Source: a virus. From it: DNA of 64,000 nt. Under the pieces are notes generated by a model that saw nothing but the letters and a program-made list of their open reading frames with translations, made no database searches and was not told the DNA's origin. Location of the stretch: positions 2,287 through 66,286 of the IMG/VR virus record IMGVR_UViG_3300048136_000205. One strand, 5' to 3'. The position numbers and the translations under genes were made by a program. Positions 27,923-37,331 of this stretch are shown here, piece by piece. How positions within the stretch are numbered: position 1 is the first letter of the stretch; every line of letters begins with the position of its first letter.

Positions 27923-28503
27923 AGTCTGCGGCAGATGTCGTCTATACAATTCGATTTTTGAAACTACTCGTTACCCCGTTCGAGGACACACCTGCGTTTA
28001 AAGCAGGAATCATCGATGAAAAAGGTAATCGTCGAAAAGACTTCACTACAGATTCTATGGATGATCGTGAAAACTATCGTGAACACTACACTTCATTCCA
28101 TCGTCTGGTGTACAACCTAAAGAAAATCATGGCAAAGGCACCGGGAGGATCGTCGATCGTCGCACGTTACGGAGCCGCACTCGCACTTATCAAGGAGCAC
28201 GGCAATCTGTCTGATAGCAACTTAGAGAAGATTCATACAGAAACGGGCATTGATCTTCTTGATGTACTACTTGAAGATTCCAAATGGTATGTGCTGGAGA
28301 GTGGTCACTTAGGTCAGGGTGTCTATCGAATGGCAAACGACACTATCTCCGACACAACCGACGTTGTAGTAAAAAAAGACGATAAAGTCAGAATTCATGA
28401 AAATAATTTTGCACACGACATCTTGGGCATTTCTGTCTACGAAGGCACCCATATGTTGTCGGGTAAGAGAGTTTTGTTCACAGCAAACGAGATACGCAGA
28501 TGA
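27910..28503 (+). CDS. Conserved T4-like hypothetical protein
   Basis: RFLKLLVTPF...AFKAGIIDEKG...FHRLVYNLKK. Confidence 0.8.
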   Translation: MGILKSAADVVYTIRFLKLLVTPFEDTPAFKAGIIDEKGNRRKDFTTDSMDDRENYREHYTSFHRLVYNLKKIMAKAPGGSSIVARYGAALALIKEHGNLSDSNLEKIHTETGIDLLDVLLEDSKWYVLESGHLGQGVYRMANDTISDTTDVVVKKDDKVRIHENNFAHDILGISVYEGTHMLSGKRVLFTANEIRR

Positions 28504-28679
28504 AGACGTATAAAGAATTTTTGAAGCAGTTCGAAGAAGAAATCACTAATAATGTGAGTCAGATACCTGCAACATCAAAGGATGCTAACACTCTGCTGTT
28601 CCGTCAGAAGGGCGATCGTAAGAACAAACGTAAAGATAATGTCGAAATTTTAAGACGGTTGCTTCCAAAAAAATCTTAA
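28500..28679 (+). CDS. 59-aa internal-protein-like peptide (not in ORF track)
   Basis: ATGA overlap; MKTYKEFLKQFEEE, nearly the T4 CTS MKTYQEFIAE; basic C-terminus. Confidence 0.75.
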   Translation: MKTYKEFLKQFEEEITNNVSQIPATSKDANTLLFRQKGDRKNKRKDNVEILRRLLPKKS

Positions 28680-28687
28680 AACCCCTC

Positions 28688-28716
28688 TTTACAAAGTCCT
28701 CAAAATACTATATAAT
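28688..28716 (+). promoter_or_regulatory. Sigma70-like promoter for the nrd operon
   Basis: TTTACA-N17-TATAAT. Confidence 0.7.
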
Positions 28717-28742
28717 TCTACATTGAAATTTGAGGAATACAG

Positions 28743-29078
28743 ATGAAGATTATAGACTTCAATGACTACAAAATAGTCATTCTTGAAACAAATAATGAAG
28801 ACCCAGATATCATACTTCAGTCATACGACGAAAGTAATTTGATTTATGTGCCCTTGCAAGGATACCACGGGTCTGATCTATCCTCAGATCGATTCTTAGT
28901 TCGAAACTCCAAAGACTCCTTTGAGAACCATCTCATGTGGGAAGGACTCTTTGACGCCAATGATCAAGAAAAATACATAGCAGAGTGCTGTAAAAAATTC
29001 TGGGAAACTGGAAAACAAATGCTGATTGAAAGTTACGAGTATCAGAGAGACGAGCCTTTCTACGACTACTCGAAATAA
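28743..29078 (+). CDS. Hypothetical protein
   Basis: GAGGA RBS, 111 aa. Confidence 0.7.
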   Translation: MKIIDFNDYKIVILETNNEDPDIILQSYDESNLIYVPLQGYHGSDLSSDRFLVRNSKDSFENHLMWEGLFDANDQEKYIAECCKKFWETGKQMLIESYEYQRDEPFYDYSK

Positions 29079-29090
29079 TACGGATACTTT

Positions 29091-31088
29091 ATGAAAATTG
29101 ATATACAATATTCGCGGGACGATCTGCTGACTGACTATGCCGTGGGTATGCTGAAAGACTTCTATATGATGGAAGAGGAAACTTCTCCACAGGAAGCATA
29201 TGCCAGAGCATCTAAAGCATGGGCACACTACGAAGGTGTTTTGGACGAAGAACTTGCGCAACGTCTCTACGATTACGTTAGTAAAAAATGGTTTATGTAT
29301 GCGTCACCAGTGTTGTCAAATGCACCGAGTGACGGTGAGACTAAAGGCAAGGGTCTACCGATCTCGTGCTTCCTCACCTACGTCCCAGACACACTCGAAG
29401 GACTCATTGAACATTCATCCGAACTGAGATGGTTGTCTGTCATGGGTGGTGGAGTTGGTGGTCACTGGAGTGATGTGCGTACGGTCTCTGACATTGCGCC
29501 TGGTCCGATTCCTTTTATGCACACCGTCGATGCGGATATGATTGCGTACCGACAGGGTAGAACTCGTAAGGGATCTTATGCGGCATATCTGGACGTGTCA
29601 CACCCAGACATCATCGAGTTCCTAAACATCCGTATTCCTACGGGTGACGTACAACGCAAAGCATTAAACATACACAACGCAATTAATCTAACAGACGAAT
29701 TCATGGCGGCAGTTCTGAATAATACAGATTTTGATTTGCGTGATCCGAAGGACGGTGCGGTTAAGGACACAATCAATGCCCGAAAACTATGGGAAAGAAT
29801 ACTTGAAATCCGGTTTCGCACAGGTGAACCATACCTGAACTTCATCGACACTGCCAATCGATCCCTTCCTATGCCACTAAAAGAGAAGGGTCTACGCATT
29901 CACGGATCAAATCTATGTAACGAAATTCATTTACCTACTTCTGCAGAAAGGACTGCAGTGTGTTGCTTGTCTTCACTAAACTTAGAATATTATGATGAAT
30001 GGAAAGACACTAATATCGTGCGTGATCTTATTCGTATGTTGGATAACGTTCTCCAATACTTCATCGATCATGCGCCCGATAGTATTTCAAGGGCACGTTA
30101 TTCGGCAGAGAGAGAACGAAGCATTGGACTGGGAGCAATGGGATTCCACTCACTTCTACAAAAACACGGTGTTGCTTGGGAGTCAGATAAAGCAAGAGAG
30201 ATCAACCGAGTCGTTTTTGAGCATATTAGTGAACAGGCAAAAGAGGAATCGAGAATACTGGCAACAGAACGGGGTGAGTATCCCGATGGAAAAGGCTGGG
30301 GCACTCGAAACGCACACCTACTTGCTATCGCACCGAATGCCTCATCCGGAGTGATTCTTTCGACCTCACCGTCAGTAGAACCACTTAAAGCATGCGCATA
30401 CACGCACAGAACACGTGCTGGTTCGTTTTTAGTTAAGAACCCATATCTCACTAAGTTGTTAGATGAAAAGGGCCATAACAACGAATCTATATGGTCTAGC
30501 ATTATCACACGAAAAGGATCGGTACAACATCTACCATTCCTTAATGAGGGTGAAAAAGCAATATTCAAAACTGCCCAAGAGTTGGATCAGAACTGGGTGG
30601 TGACTCATGCCGCAGACCGACAGAAGTATATCTGTCAGGGTCAGTCGGTGAATTTATTTTTCCCTGCAGGGACACCAAAACGATATGTGAATAAGGTACA
30701 CTTTAACGCATGGAGACTGGGACTAAAGGGATTGTATTATCTACGAACTGAGGCAAAGTCAAGAGCAGAAACTGTTTCAGATAAAGTAGAAAGGGTTGCG
30801 TTGCAAGACGACAGCCGAACCATACTCTACGGCAAGAAAGATTGTCCGTATTGTAAGATGTCCGCAGAGGAACTGTCTTTAAGGGGCATCGATTATGACT
30901 ACGTCGACCTTGAGGAGATTGGAAAGTCGGCCGCAGAGGTCACAGGACGGAAAGTCAAGACAGTTCCTCAAATTTATCTGGAGGGCAAGTACATAGGTGG
31001 TTATGAAGATCTTATGATGCATCTAAAAGGTGAAGTGGAGTACGAACCAATTGAAGGTGACGACGAATGTCGGGCCTGTGAGGGTTAA
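29091..31088 (+). CDS. nrdA: Class I ribonucleotide reductase alpha subunit with fused glutaredoxin domain
   Basis: PISCF, SNLCNEI, IAPNASS, KGLYY; then CPYC...TVPQIY..GKYIGGY Grx; terminal ECRACEG. Confidence 0.95.
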   Translation: MKIDIQYSRDDLLTDYAVGMLKDFYMMEEETSPQEAYARASKAWAHYEGVLDEELAQRLYDYVSKKWFMYASPVLSNAPSDGETKGKGLPISCFLTYVPDTLEGLIEHSSELRWLSVMGGGVGGHWSDVRTVSDIAPGPIPFMHTVDADMIAYRQGRTRKGSYAAYLDVSHPDIIEFLNIRIPTGDVQRKALNIHNAINLTDEFMAAVLNNTDFDLRDPKDGAVKDTINARKLWERILEIRFRTGEPYLNFIDTANRSLPMPLKEKGLRIHGSNLCNEIHLPTSAERTAVCCLSSLNLEYYDEWKDTNIVRDLIRMLDNVLQYFIDHAPDSISRARYSAERERSIGLGAMGFHSLLQKHGVAWESDKAREINRVVFEHISEQAKEESRILATERGEYPDGKGWGTRNAHLLAIAPNASSGVILSTSPSVEPLKACAYTHRTRAGSFLVKNPYLTKLLDEKGHNNESIWSSIITRKGSVQHLPFLNEGEKAIFKTAQELDQNWVVTHAADRQKYICQGQSVNLFFPAGTPKRYVNKVHFNAWRLGLKGLYYLRTEAKSRAETVSDKVERVALQDDSRTILYGKKDCPYCKMSAEELSLRGIDYDYVDLEEIGKSAAEVTGRKVKTVPQIYLEGKYIGGYEDLMMHLKGEVEYEPIEGDDECRACEG

Positions 31089-31113
31089 TAAACAATTCAA
31101 ATAAAGGATTAGT

Positions 31114-32088
31114 ATGTCATTACTAAAAACATCGGAAACATACAAACCGTTCAAGTATCCTTGGGCGGTTGAACTATCAAAGAAACACGAGGAAATACAC
31201 TGGATTGAAGATGAAGCAGAACTGTCAGAAGATGTACAAGATTGGAAAACCAAACTGACAGGTTCGGAGAAAGAATTTATCACTCACGTACTGCGGTTGT
31301 TCACGCAGTCAGACGTACAGGTAGGGGAGAACTACCACGAACTGTTGATACCAAAGTTCAAGAACAACGAAGTCCGCAACATGCTATCATCGTTTGCGGC
31401 ACGAGAGGCAGTACACCAACGTGCGTACGCACTTCTCAATGATACACTTGGTCTACCAGACGAAGACTTTCACAAGTTCCTAGATTACAAGGAGATGGCA
31501 GACAAGATCGATTTTATGAAAGAGGGTGATACGAACTCTCACACTGGACTGGCACTTGCATTGGCACAGTCAGTGTTTAATGAAGGTATGTCTGTCTTCG
31601 CATCGTTTGTCATGCTACTGAACTTCCAGAGGTTCGGCAAGATGAAAGGTATGGCAACTATCGTCGAGTGGTCCATCCGTGATGAGACTATTCACGTACA
31701 GGGTAACGCAAAGTTGTTCCGTGAGTTTTGTGAAGAGAAACCAAGGATCGTTAACGATGAACTTAAGTCAAAGATATATAAGATGGCAAAGAATGCGGTC
31801 AAACTAGAAGACAAGTTCATCGACCTTGCGTTCGATGGGAACGAAGTTCAGGGACTAACCAAACAGGAAGTCCGTGACTATATAAGACACATAGCAGATA
31901 GACGATTGCTTCAGTTGGGACTGAAGCCAAAATTTAATCAAAAGGACAATCCTCTACCGTGGTTGGATTGGGTGCTTAACGGAGCATCTCATGACAACTT
32001 CTTTGAGAAACGTGTAACCGAATACTCAGTCGTAGGTATGGAAGGTGACGATTTCGGATGGGAGGATATAGAACTAGAGGTAGCATGA
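31114..32088 (+). CDS. nrdB: Ribonucleotide reductase beta subunit
   Basis: EAVHQRAY, NEG, RDETIH, NFFEKRVTEY. Confidence 0.97.
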   Translation: MSLLKTSETYKPFKYPWAVELSKKHEEIHWIEDEAELSEDVQDWKTKLTGSEKEFITHVLRLFTQSDVQVGENYHELLIPKFKNNEVRNMLSSFAAREAVHQRAYALLNDTLGLPDEDFHKFLDYKEMADKIDFMKEGDTNSHTGLALALAQSVFNEGMSVFASFVMLLNFQRFGKMKGMATIVEWSIRDETIHVQGNAKLFREFCEEKPRIVNDELKSKIYKMAKNAVKLEDKFIDLAFDGNEVQGLTKQEVRDYIRHIADRRLLQLGLKPKFNQKDNPLPWLDWVLNGASHDNFFEKRVTEYSVVGMEGDDFGWEDIELEVA

Positions 32089-32225
32089 TGGATACTGAAT
32101 ACACAATTGAATGTCCGATCTGCGACATCACGAGTGTTGTTCGTGTCCCGTATGAGGATGAGGTGCCTAGGCACTGTCCTATGTGCGGTGCAGATGTCGA
32201 AGCAGAAGAGTCGGACGAAGAATGA
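32085..32225 (+). CDS. Small zinc-ribbon protein (not in ORF track)
   Basis: ECPIC...HCPMCG; GAGG RBS. Confidence 0.7.
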   Translation: MMDTEYTIECPICDITSVVRVPYEDEVPRHCPMCGADVEAEESDEE

Positions 32226-32749
32226 ATCTTAAACAAGTGATACAATCTGTACCAGACTGGCCAGAAGAAGGAATCAACTTCCAAGATGTGACCAGTCTCC
32301 TACAGAACCCACAGGCATTCAAGCAGAGTGTCCGTTCCCTTGTCGATCAAATCGAAGGTAAGGGATATACGGACATCGTTGCTCCCGATGCTCGTGGGTT
32401 CTTGTGGGGTGCACCTGTTGCTTTGTATTTGGGTATACCTCTACACATTGTCCGCAAACCCAACAAACTGCCCCCACCCGTGAGATCTCGCAAATACAAA
32501 TGCGAGTATGCATCTCGCACACTTGAAATCAAAACGACTGCACCCCTGAATAAAAACAGTCAGGTATGCATCATTGATGACGTGAGTGCGACGGGTGGTA
32601 CGGCACTTGCCATTGTAGAATTGCTACAGTCCTTTGACGTATCTAAGATCTCCTATGGTTGTGTGATCGACCTAGAATACTTGGGTGGCACGGAGAAACT
32701 CCGAGGTCGACAAATTAAAACCTATGAAGTAGTAACGTATGATAAGTAA
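32222..32749 (+). CDS. apt: Adenine phosphoribosyltransferase
   Basis: VPDWPEEGINFQD, DARGF, VRKPNKLP, EY, PRPP motif IIDDVSATGGT. Confidence 0.92.
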   Translation: MNLKQVIQSVPDWPEEGINFQDVTSLLQNPQAFKQSVRSLVDQIEGKGYTDIVAPDARGFLWGAPVALYLGIPLHIVRKPNKLPPPVRSRKYKCEYASRTLEIKTTAPLNKNSQVCIIDDVSATGGTALAIVELLQSFDVSKISYGCVIDLEYLGGTEKLRGRQIKTYEVVTYDK

Positions 32750-32750
32750 G

Positions 32751-33281
32751 ATGTCCGACATCATCCTCATTGCCTTGGAGTTAGAGGCACCAAAAATGTC
32801 CCAGTGGGACAACGTCTTTTTTACCGGAGTCGGTAAAGTCAATGCGGCACTCACTGCCGCAAAGCTGATCGAACGGCACAAACCGAATGTGGTTTGGAAC
32901 TTCGGTACCGCAGGTGGTATCACCGTCGATGGTGGTATCCACAAAGTAACACAATTCGTACAACGAGATATGTCGTGTGCTGGACTGGGATACAGTCTGG
33001 GTCAGACTCCGTTCGAGGATGGAGTAGTCCTTGGAGAAGGAGATGGACTCACCTGCAGCACAGGTGACGATTTTGTTGCAGACCCTAACCTTGCGATTCC
33101 AGCAGATCTGGTTGAGATGGAGGCATATGCGATTGCCAAAGTCTGTCAGGATGCTGGTGTCGAGTTCCGATGCTACAAGTACGTCAGTGATCAAGCAGAT
33201 GACGATGCGGCAGAAGAATGGAGCAAGACCGTTGCTAACGGTGAGTCGCACTTTATAGAGGTTTATAGCAACTCTATATAG
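32751..33281 (+). CDS. mtnN: MTA/SAH nucleosidase (PNP_UDP_1 family)
   Basis: GVGKVNAA, NFGTAGG, STGDDF, VEMEAYAIA, KYVSD. Confidence 0.9.
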   Translation: MSDIILIALELEAPKMSQWDNVFFTGVGKVNAALTAAKLIERHKPNVVWNFGTAGGITVDGGIHKVTQFVQRDMSCAGLGYSLGQTPFEDGVVLGEGDGLTCSTGDDFVADPNLAIPADLVEMEAYAIAKVCQDAGVEFRCYKYVSDQADDDAAEEWSKTVANGESHFIEVYSNSI

Positions 33282-33285
33282 TTGC

Positions 33286-33702
33286 ATGACTTGGTTATAC
33301 GAAGATAAAGAATTCACCCCAGAAGAAGACTTCCTTGATCCTTATCAAGGTTTCGTATACCAGATTACAGAACTTGATACCGGAATGAAGTACATCGGTA
33401 AGAAGTTCTTTTGGAAACCTAAAACACTGCCAGTGACTAAGACTCGAAAGCGTCGTGTAAAGACACGAGTAGAGTCTGACTGGATGAAGTATTACGGTTC
33501 GAGTCAAGAACTCAAAGAACAGGTTGCCTCTCACGGACCTGAAAACTACAAACGTGAGATCCTCAAACTCTGCCGAACCAAGGGAGAGTGTTCCTACTAC
33601 GAAGCAAAACTCCAGTTTGAGTACGACGTACTCCTGCGAGACGACTATTACAACGCATTCATCGGTTGTAAAATCCACGCAAAACATCTTCCAGAAATGT
33701 GA
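33286..33702 (+). CDS. denA: GIY-YIG endonuclease II-like (host DNA degradation)
   Basis: GFVY...KYIGKK, YYGSS, REIL, YYEAKLQF, YYN. Confidence 0.8.
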   Translation: MTWLYEDKEFTPEEDFLDPYQGFVYQITELDTGMKYIGKKFFWKPKTLPVTKTRKRRVKTRVESDWMKYYGSSQELKEQVASHGPENYKREILKLCRTKGECSYYEAKLQFEYDVLLRDDYYNAFIGCKIHAKHLPEM

Positions 33703-33801
33703 CAAAATACCATAAAAAAGTGCACTTATTTCGAAAATAAGTGTTGACGCATGTTTCAAAATCAAGTACAATTACTATGTAATTTGATGATAAGGAATTG
33801 A
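33698..33801 (+). promoter_or_regulatory. Early promoter cassette
   Basis: TGTGACAAAATACCA box, A-tract, TTGACG-N17-TACAAT; 32-nt leader repeated at 35407. Confidence 0.8.
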
Positions 33802-33804
33802 GAC

Positions 33805-34080
33805 ATGGCACGATTAATTTACCAAACTGAATACGAACTTGAAGGAATGCAGGCTGAAGGTATTGACTTCAACCAAGCACTTCGTATCATCAAGAACTTC
33901 ATGGGTACTGACGATACTCTTGATGCTCTCCAAGGGTTTGAGAGACGTTATGCGAAAGCAGAGGTTGATGCTCTTGAGACTAACGATTACGATTTCGATC
34001 GTGAGTGGAGATACGAAGTCTACGCTTACAACCTTCTGGTCGAAGGTTTCGGTAAACTGTTTGCCCCAAAGGAGGCATGA
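33805..34080 (+). CDS. Early hypothetical protein
   Basis: First gene after early promoter, AAGGA RBS. Confidence 0.75.
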   Translation: MARLIYQTEYELEGMQAEGIDFNQALRIIKNFMGTDDTLDALQGFERRYAKAEVDALETNDYDFDREWRYEVYAYNLLVEGFGKLFAPKEA

Positions 34081-34081
34081 T

Positions 34082-34228
34082 ATGGATGCGGTATTAGGTA
34101 ATCTTTATAACGAGTTGATGTGCCTCGCGGAGATCCGTGGGGAGTTGTCTCCCGAAGACAACGCACGTGTCGAGGACGCAATCCTCGCACTCCAACTCAA
34201 AATCGAAAAACTGGAGAAAGCAGTTTAG
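34082..34228 (+). CDS. Small early hypothetical protein
   Basis: AGGAGG RBS; MDAVLGNLYNEL. Confidence 0.7.
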   Translation: MDAVLGNLYNELMCLAEIRGELSPEDNARVEDAILALQLKIEKLEKAV

Positions 34229-34290
34229 TGAAATATTTACTAAAAAAAGTTTTAAAAAGTTGTTGACATTATTTTTAAAACAAGTATAAT
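34228..34290 (+). promoter_or_regulatory. Early promoter cassette
   Basis: GTGAAATATTTAC box, A-tracts, TTGACA-N16-TATAAT. Confidence 0.75.
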
Positions 34291-34315
34291 AGGTACTGTT
34301 GATAGGGAGATGGTT

Positions 34316-34477
34316 ATGAATATTGTTGATATGTTGATTGATGAGTTTCGTTCTTTCTGTGCGGAGAATCAGTTGCCTTTGATGAGTGCTGACGAACTGT
34401 TGATTGTAGGTGGTCTCGAACCTGAACAGGTCGAGTTCCTTCAAGACTTTATCGTCCGTTGGGAAGAGGTTGTTTGA
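34316..34477 (+). CDS. Small acidic early protein (not in ORF track)
   Basis: GGGAG RBS; MNIVDMLIDEF. Confidence 0.65.
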   Translation: MNIVDMLIDEFRSFCAENQLPLMSADELLIVGGLEPEQVEFLQDFIVRWEEVV

Positions 34478-34632
34478 TCATGAGTTCAATGAGAGATTTT
34501 CGACCCCGTCCTGAAAAGAAACAGGAAGTGTCTAGTGAGAGTTTCGTTGCCTGGGGTGTCCTGATAGCAATGGGTATGGCACTGGGATTCATGTTCGGTT
34601 ACGGTCTACTTTATACTTAAGAGGGTTTTGTT

Positions 34633-35148
34633 ATGTCTAATTCAATCATTGTTGTTATTGCCACTCAGTTCCGTGAGAACTACGGTGCTCACGATTGGGA
34701 TGGCCGTGGTGAGTGCCCTCAGCATTGGAAGTCTAAGGGTGGTGACACCTACTTCATCAATGCGTCTGCGGCAGACATTGCCGACACGCAGTGGTGGGTT
34801 GATGTTGAACGATGCATCAACCACTCTTCAGAGTACTCTGCGGAGTACATCATCTCCGAGAAGGTCATTGACCTTGTTGACTTCGTGGAGTCAGACCACA
34901 TCGAGTTCTGGGAGTCTCCTATCTATGCTTCCGTAGACTTCGGTCAGTTGTACTGCGAGCAAAAAGCACTCAACTTCCAAAACGAAGTTGTCGGCATTCG
35001 TCGGTGGGAGCAAGACTCTATGGGTAAGGACGCATGTTCTCTAACAGAACTAGAGACTCCTGCCCAAGAAGAGTGGCGTGTACAGAAAGAGATGGGTATG
35101 CACGGTATCGACGAACAGTTCGATGAACTAGAGGCAATGATGGCATAA
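34633..35148 (+). CDS. Acidic early hypothetical protein
   Basis: TQFRENYGAHDWDGRGECPQHWKSKGG. Confidence 0.75.
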   Translation: MSNSIIVVIATQFRENYGAHDWDGRGECPQHWKSKGGDTYFINASAADIADTQWWVDVERCINHSSEYSAEYIISEKVIDLVDFVESDHIEFWESPIYASVDFGQLYCEQKALNFQNEVVGIRRWEQDSMGKDACSLTELETPAQEEWRVQKEMGMHGIDEQFDELEAMMA

Positions 35149-35343
35149 GGAGTCTCATGCATAATAATAAATTCAAAATAGTCCTAATGGACAAGAGGGG
35201 GTGCACGTTCAATGCGGCTTACTACAAGACCTTTGAACTTGCACAGAAAAGATTTGAAAGTGTGGTGTATGACAAGTACTGGAAGAACAATACGATCCAG
35301 ATAGTTAGTGCCGAAATTGAACCGATCGAACGTTTCTAAAAAA

Positions 35344-35438
35344 TGTGTAAAATTAACACTAACTTTTTTTCAAAATGTGTTGACGTATGTTTTCAAATCA
35401 TGTTATAATTACTACGTAATTTGATGATAAGGAATTGA
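35344..35438 (+). promoter_or_regulatory. Early promoter cassette
   Basis: TTGACG-N18-TATAAT; leader 31/32 identical to 33770-33801. Confidence 0.8.
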
Positions 35439-35440
35439 TT

Positions 35441-35773
35441 ATGAGTTATGTTGATGTTCAAGTTGAGGCAGTTCGTGAGTACTACCGTTGTGCGTTCCGT
35501 CCCAAAGATCCAGAGTTGACTGTTGCTGAAGTAAACGAATTCATCGAGTACATGCAGATGTTTTACGGTAGTGACATTGAGTGCCCTTACCCAATGTTCG
35601 TCACCGTCGAAGAGATCTGTCAAGGTATGATTGACCGATTTAAGTACCGACCTTCTATCGACTTTGATGGTGACAGTGTCGACCGTGAATTGGTACGTGA
35701 CATGATTATCGATGTCCGTGAACGAGAAAAGGCACGTCAAGATGAGTTGAACCGACTGAAAGGAGTTGCGTAA
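35441..35773 (+). CDS. Early hypothetical protein
   Basis: AAGGA RBS; FDGDSVDRELVRD. Confidence 0.7.
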   Translation: MSYVDVQVEAVREYYRCAFRPKDPELTVAEVNEFIEYMQMFYGSDIECPYPMFVTVEEICQGMIDRFKYRPSIDFDGDSVDRELVRDMIIDVREREKARQDELNRLKGVA

Positions 35774-35976
35774 TGACGCAAGTAGAAATGGATCTCTTTG
35801 AGAGAATGCTCCAAAACCACGACTGGACGTATCACTACAGTGACGATCATCGTTACTACGTTAAGGGTCGTGATGAAGCACAGAAGATTCGTGTCATGAT
35901 GGAACGTCTCGAAGAAGCAGGTCAAGGTGACCAAGCAAAAGAACTTTTTGAAAAATACCGACCGGAGTTTATATAA
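35773..35976 (+). CDS. Early hypothetical protein
   Basis: HDWTYHYSDDHR; AGGAG RBS. Confidence 0.7.
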   Translation: MTQVEMDLFERMLQNHDWTYHYSDDHRYYVKGRDEAQKIRVMMERLEEAGQGDQAKELFEKYRPEFI

Positions 35977-36932
35977 TGTTGAATGATATATTGCAAATCG
36001 AAACAGCTGCCACAGTAGGCAAGTGTCCTTGGGGTATCGGAACTGAAGTGTCTAACGACATGACTCCGATGCAGATGATGGAGAAAGCAGGTGTCAACTG
36101 GGAAGTTGAGAAGGTTCCCACGTATGCCGCAAAGGAAGGTGTCGATCTGATCCCCACGGGCATGGAAGCACTGGTACGTTCTTCTGACAACAAAGTATTG
36201 ACCCAAGTTGGTGGTAACTGGGAACCTTGTCAGAACGAAGAAGCATTCACCTTCTTCAACGAGTACTGTGCTGCAGGTGACATGGAGATGAACTCTGCGG
36301 GTTCACTCAAGGACGGCAAGTTCGTCTACGCACTCGCAAAGATCAAAGAATCGTTCGACGTGTTGAAGGGTGACCAAGTTGATTCATACCTTCTGTTCTC
36401 TAACCCACACGAGTACGGTAAGTCGATTGACATCCGATTCACTCCGATCCGTGTGACGTGCATGAACACTTTGACACTTGCTCTGAAGGGTTCTGCGAAC
36501 AATGGCATCAAGGTGAACCACCGACGTGTGTTTGACCCACAGATGGTCAAGCAACACTTGGGTCTTGCTCACGAGAAGTTCGACCAGTACAAAGAGATGG
36601 CACAGTTCCTGTCGTCTAAGCAGTTCAGTGCGGAGTCATTGATCAGTTACTACAACACGTTATTCCCATCACAGGCACCTGCCGATGAGGTACGTGCGTA
36701 CAAGGATCTTGCACCTAATGCGAAGAAGGCATTCGAGTTGTTGGAGACTCAGCCAGGTGCAGAGTTCGGTCGTGGTTCATGGTGGCAGGCATTTAACTCT
36801 GTGACCTACTTGACTGACCACGTTGCGGGTCGTACTGCAGACGGTCGTATGACTTCTGCATGGTACGGTGCTAACGGTGTCAAGAAGAAGAAGGCTGCGG
36901 AACTTGCAGTTGAGATGGCAGTCGCTGCGTGA
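35976..36932 (+). CDS. DUF932/DUF945 family protein
   Basis: AGVNWEV, QNEEAF, AGSLKDG, YLLFSNPH, TPIRVTCMNTL, WQAFNSVT. Confidence 0.88.
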   Translation: MLNDILQIETAATVGKCPWGIGTEVSNDMTPMQMMEKAGVNWEVEKVPTYAAKEGVDLIPTGMEALVRSSDNKVLTQVGGNWEPCQNEEAFTFFNEYCAAGDMEMNSAGSLKDGKFVYALAKIKESFDVLKGDQVDSYLLFSNPHEYGKSIDIRFTPIRVTCMNTLTLALKGSANNGIKVNHRRVFDPQMVKQHLGLAHEKFDQYKEMAQFLSSKQFSAESLISYYNTLFPSQAPADEVRAYKDLAPNAKKAFELLETQPGAEFGRGSWWQAFNSVTYLTDHVAGRTADGRMTSAWYGANGVKKKKAAELAVEMAVAA

Positions 36933-37124
36933 ACGTAGACCTGCTACTCGCACGATTGGAGGAGAGACTGCGACAGGTGAAATACCGGCAGTCTCAAATC
37001 GACATCGTGCACTACGAAGTTCTTGCGAGTACTAAGATCGAGACTCGTAAGACTTCGTGGATGTTACTTGAAGGTGAGATCAATGGTCTCACTCGCACCA
37101 TTGACTTGATTAAGGAAATGCATA

Positions 37125-37325
37125 ATGAGTTATAATAAACTGGTAGAGACGACCGATTGGGATGGACGTGCGGCAAACTACATCTACTACACGTCCGAAC
37201 GCAACACCTACCTTCATGGGTATCAGACTGAGGAAGGTGCTCCTTTTATCCCGTTTACGTCACGTCTCTTTAGCACAAAGGGTCGACAGTTTGTAAAGAA
37301 AAAGGTAGACAAATTACCCGACTAA
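37125..37325 (+). CDS. Hypothetical protein
   Basis: ETTDW...NYIY; AAGGA RBS. Confidence 0.65.
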   Translation: MSYNKLVETTDWDGRAANYIYYTSERNTYLHGYQTEEGAPFIPFTSRLFSTKGRQFVKKKVDKLPD

Positions 37326-37331
37326 AGACCT

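Noticed and set aside
29091-33702. Introns, inteins or homing endonucleases in nrdA, nrdB or gp43
   Set aside because: Reading frames are continuous with no intein termini; the GIY-YIG gene is short and matches the denA type.
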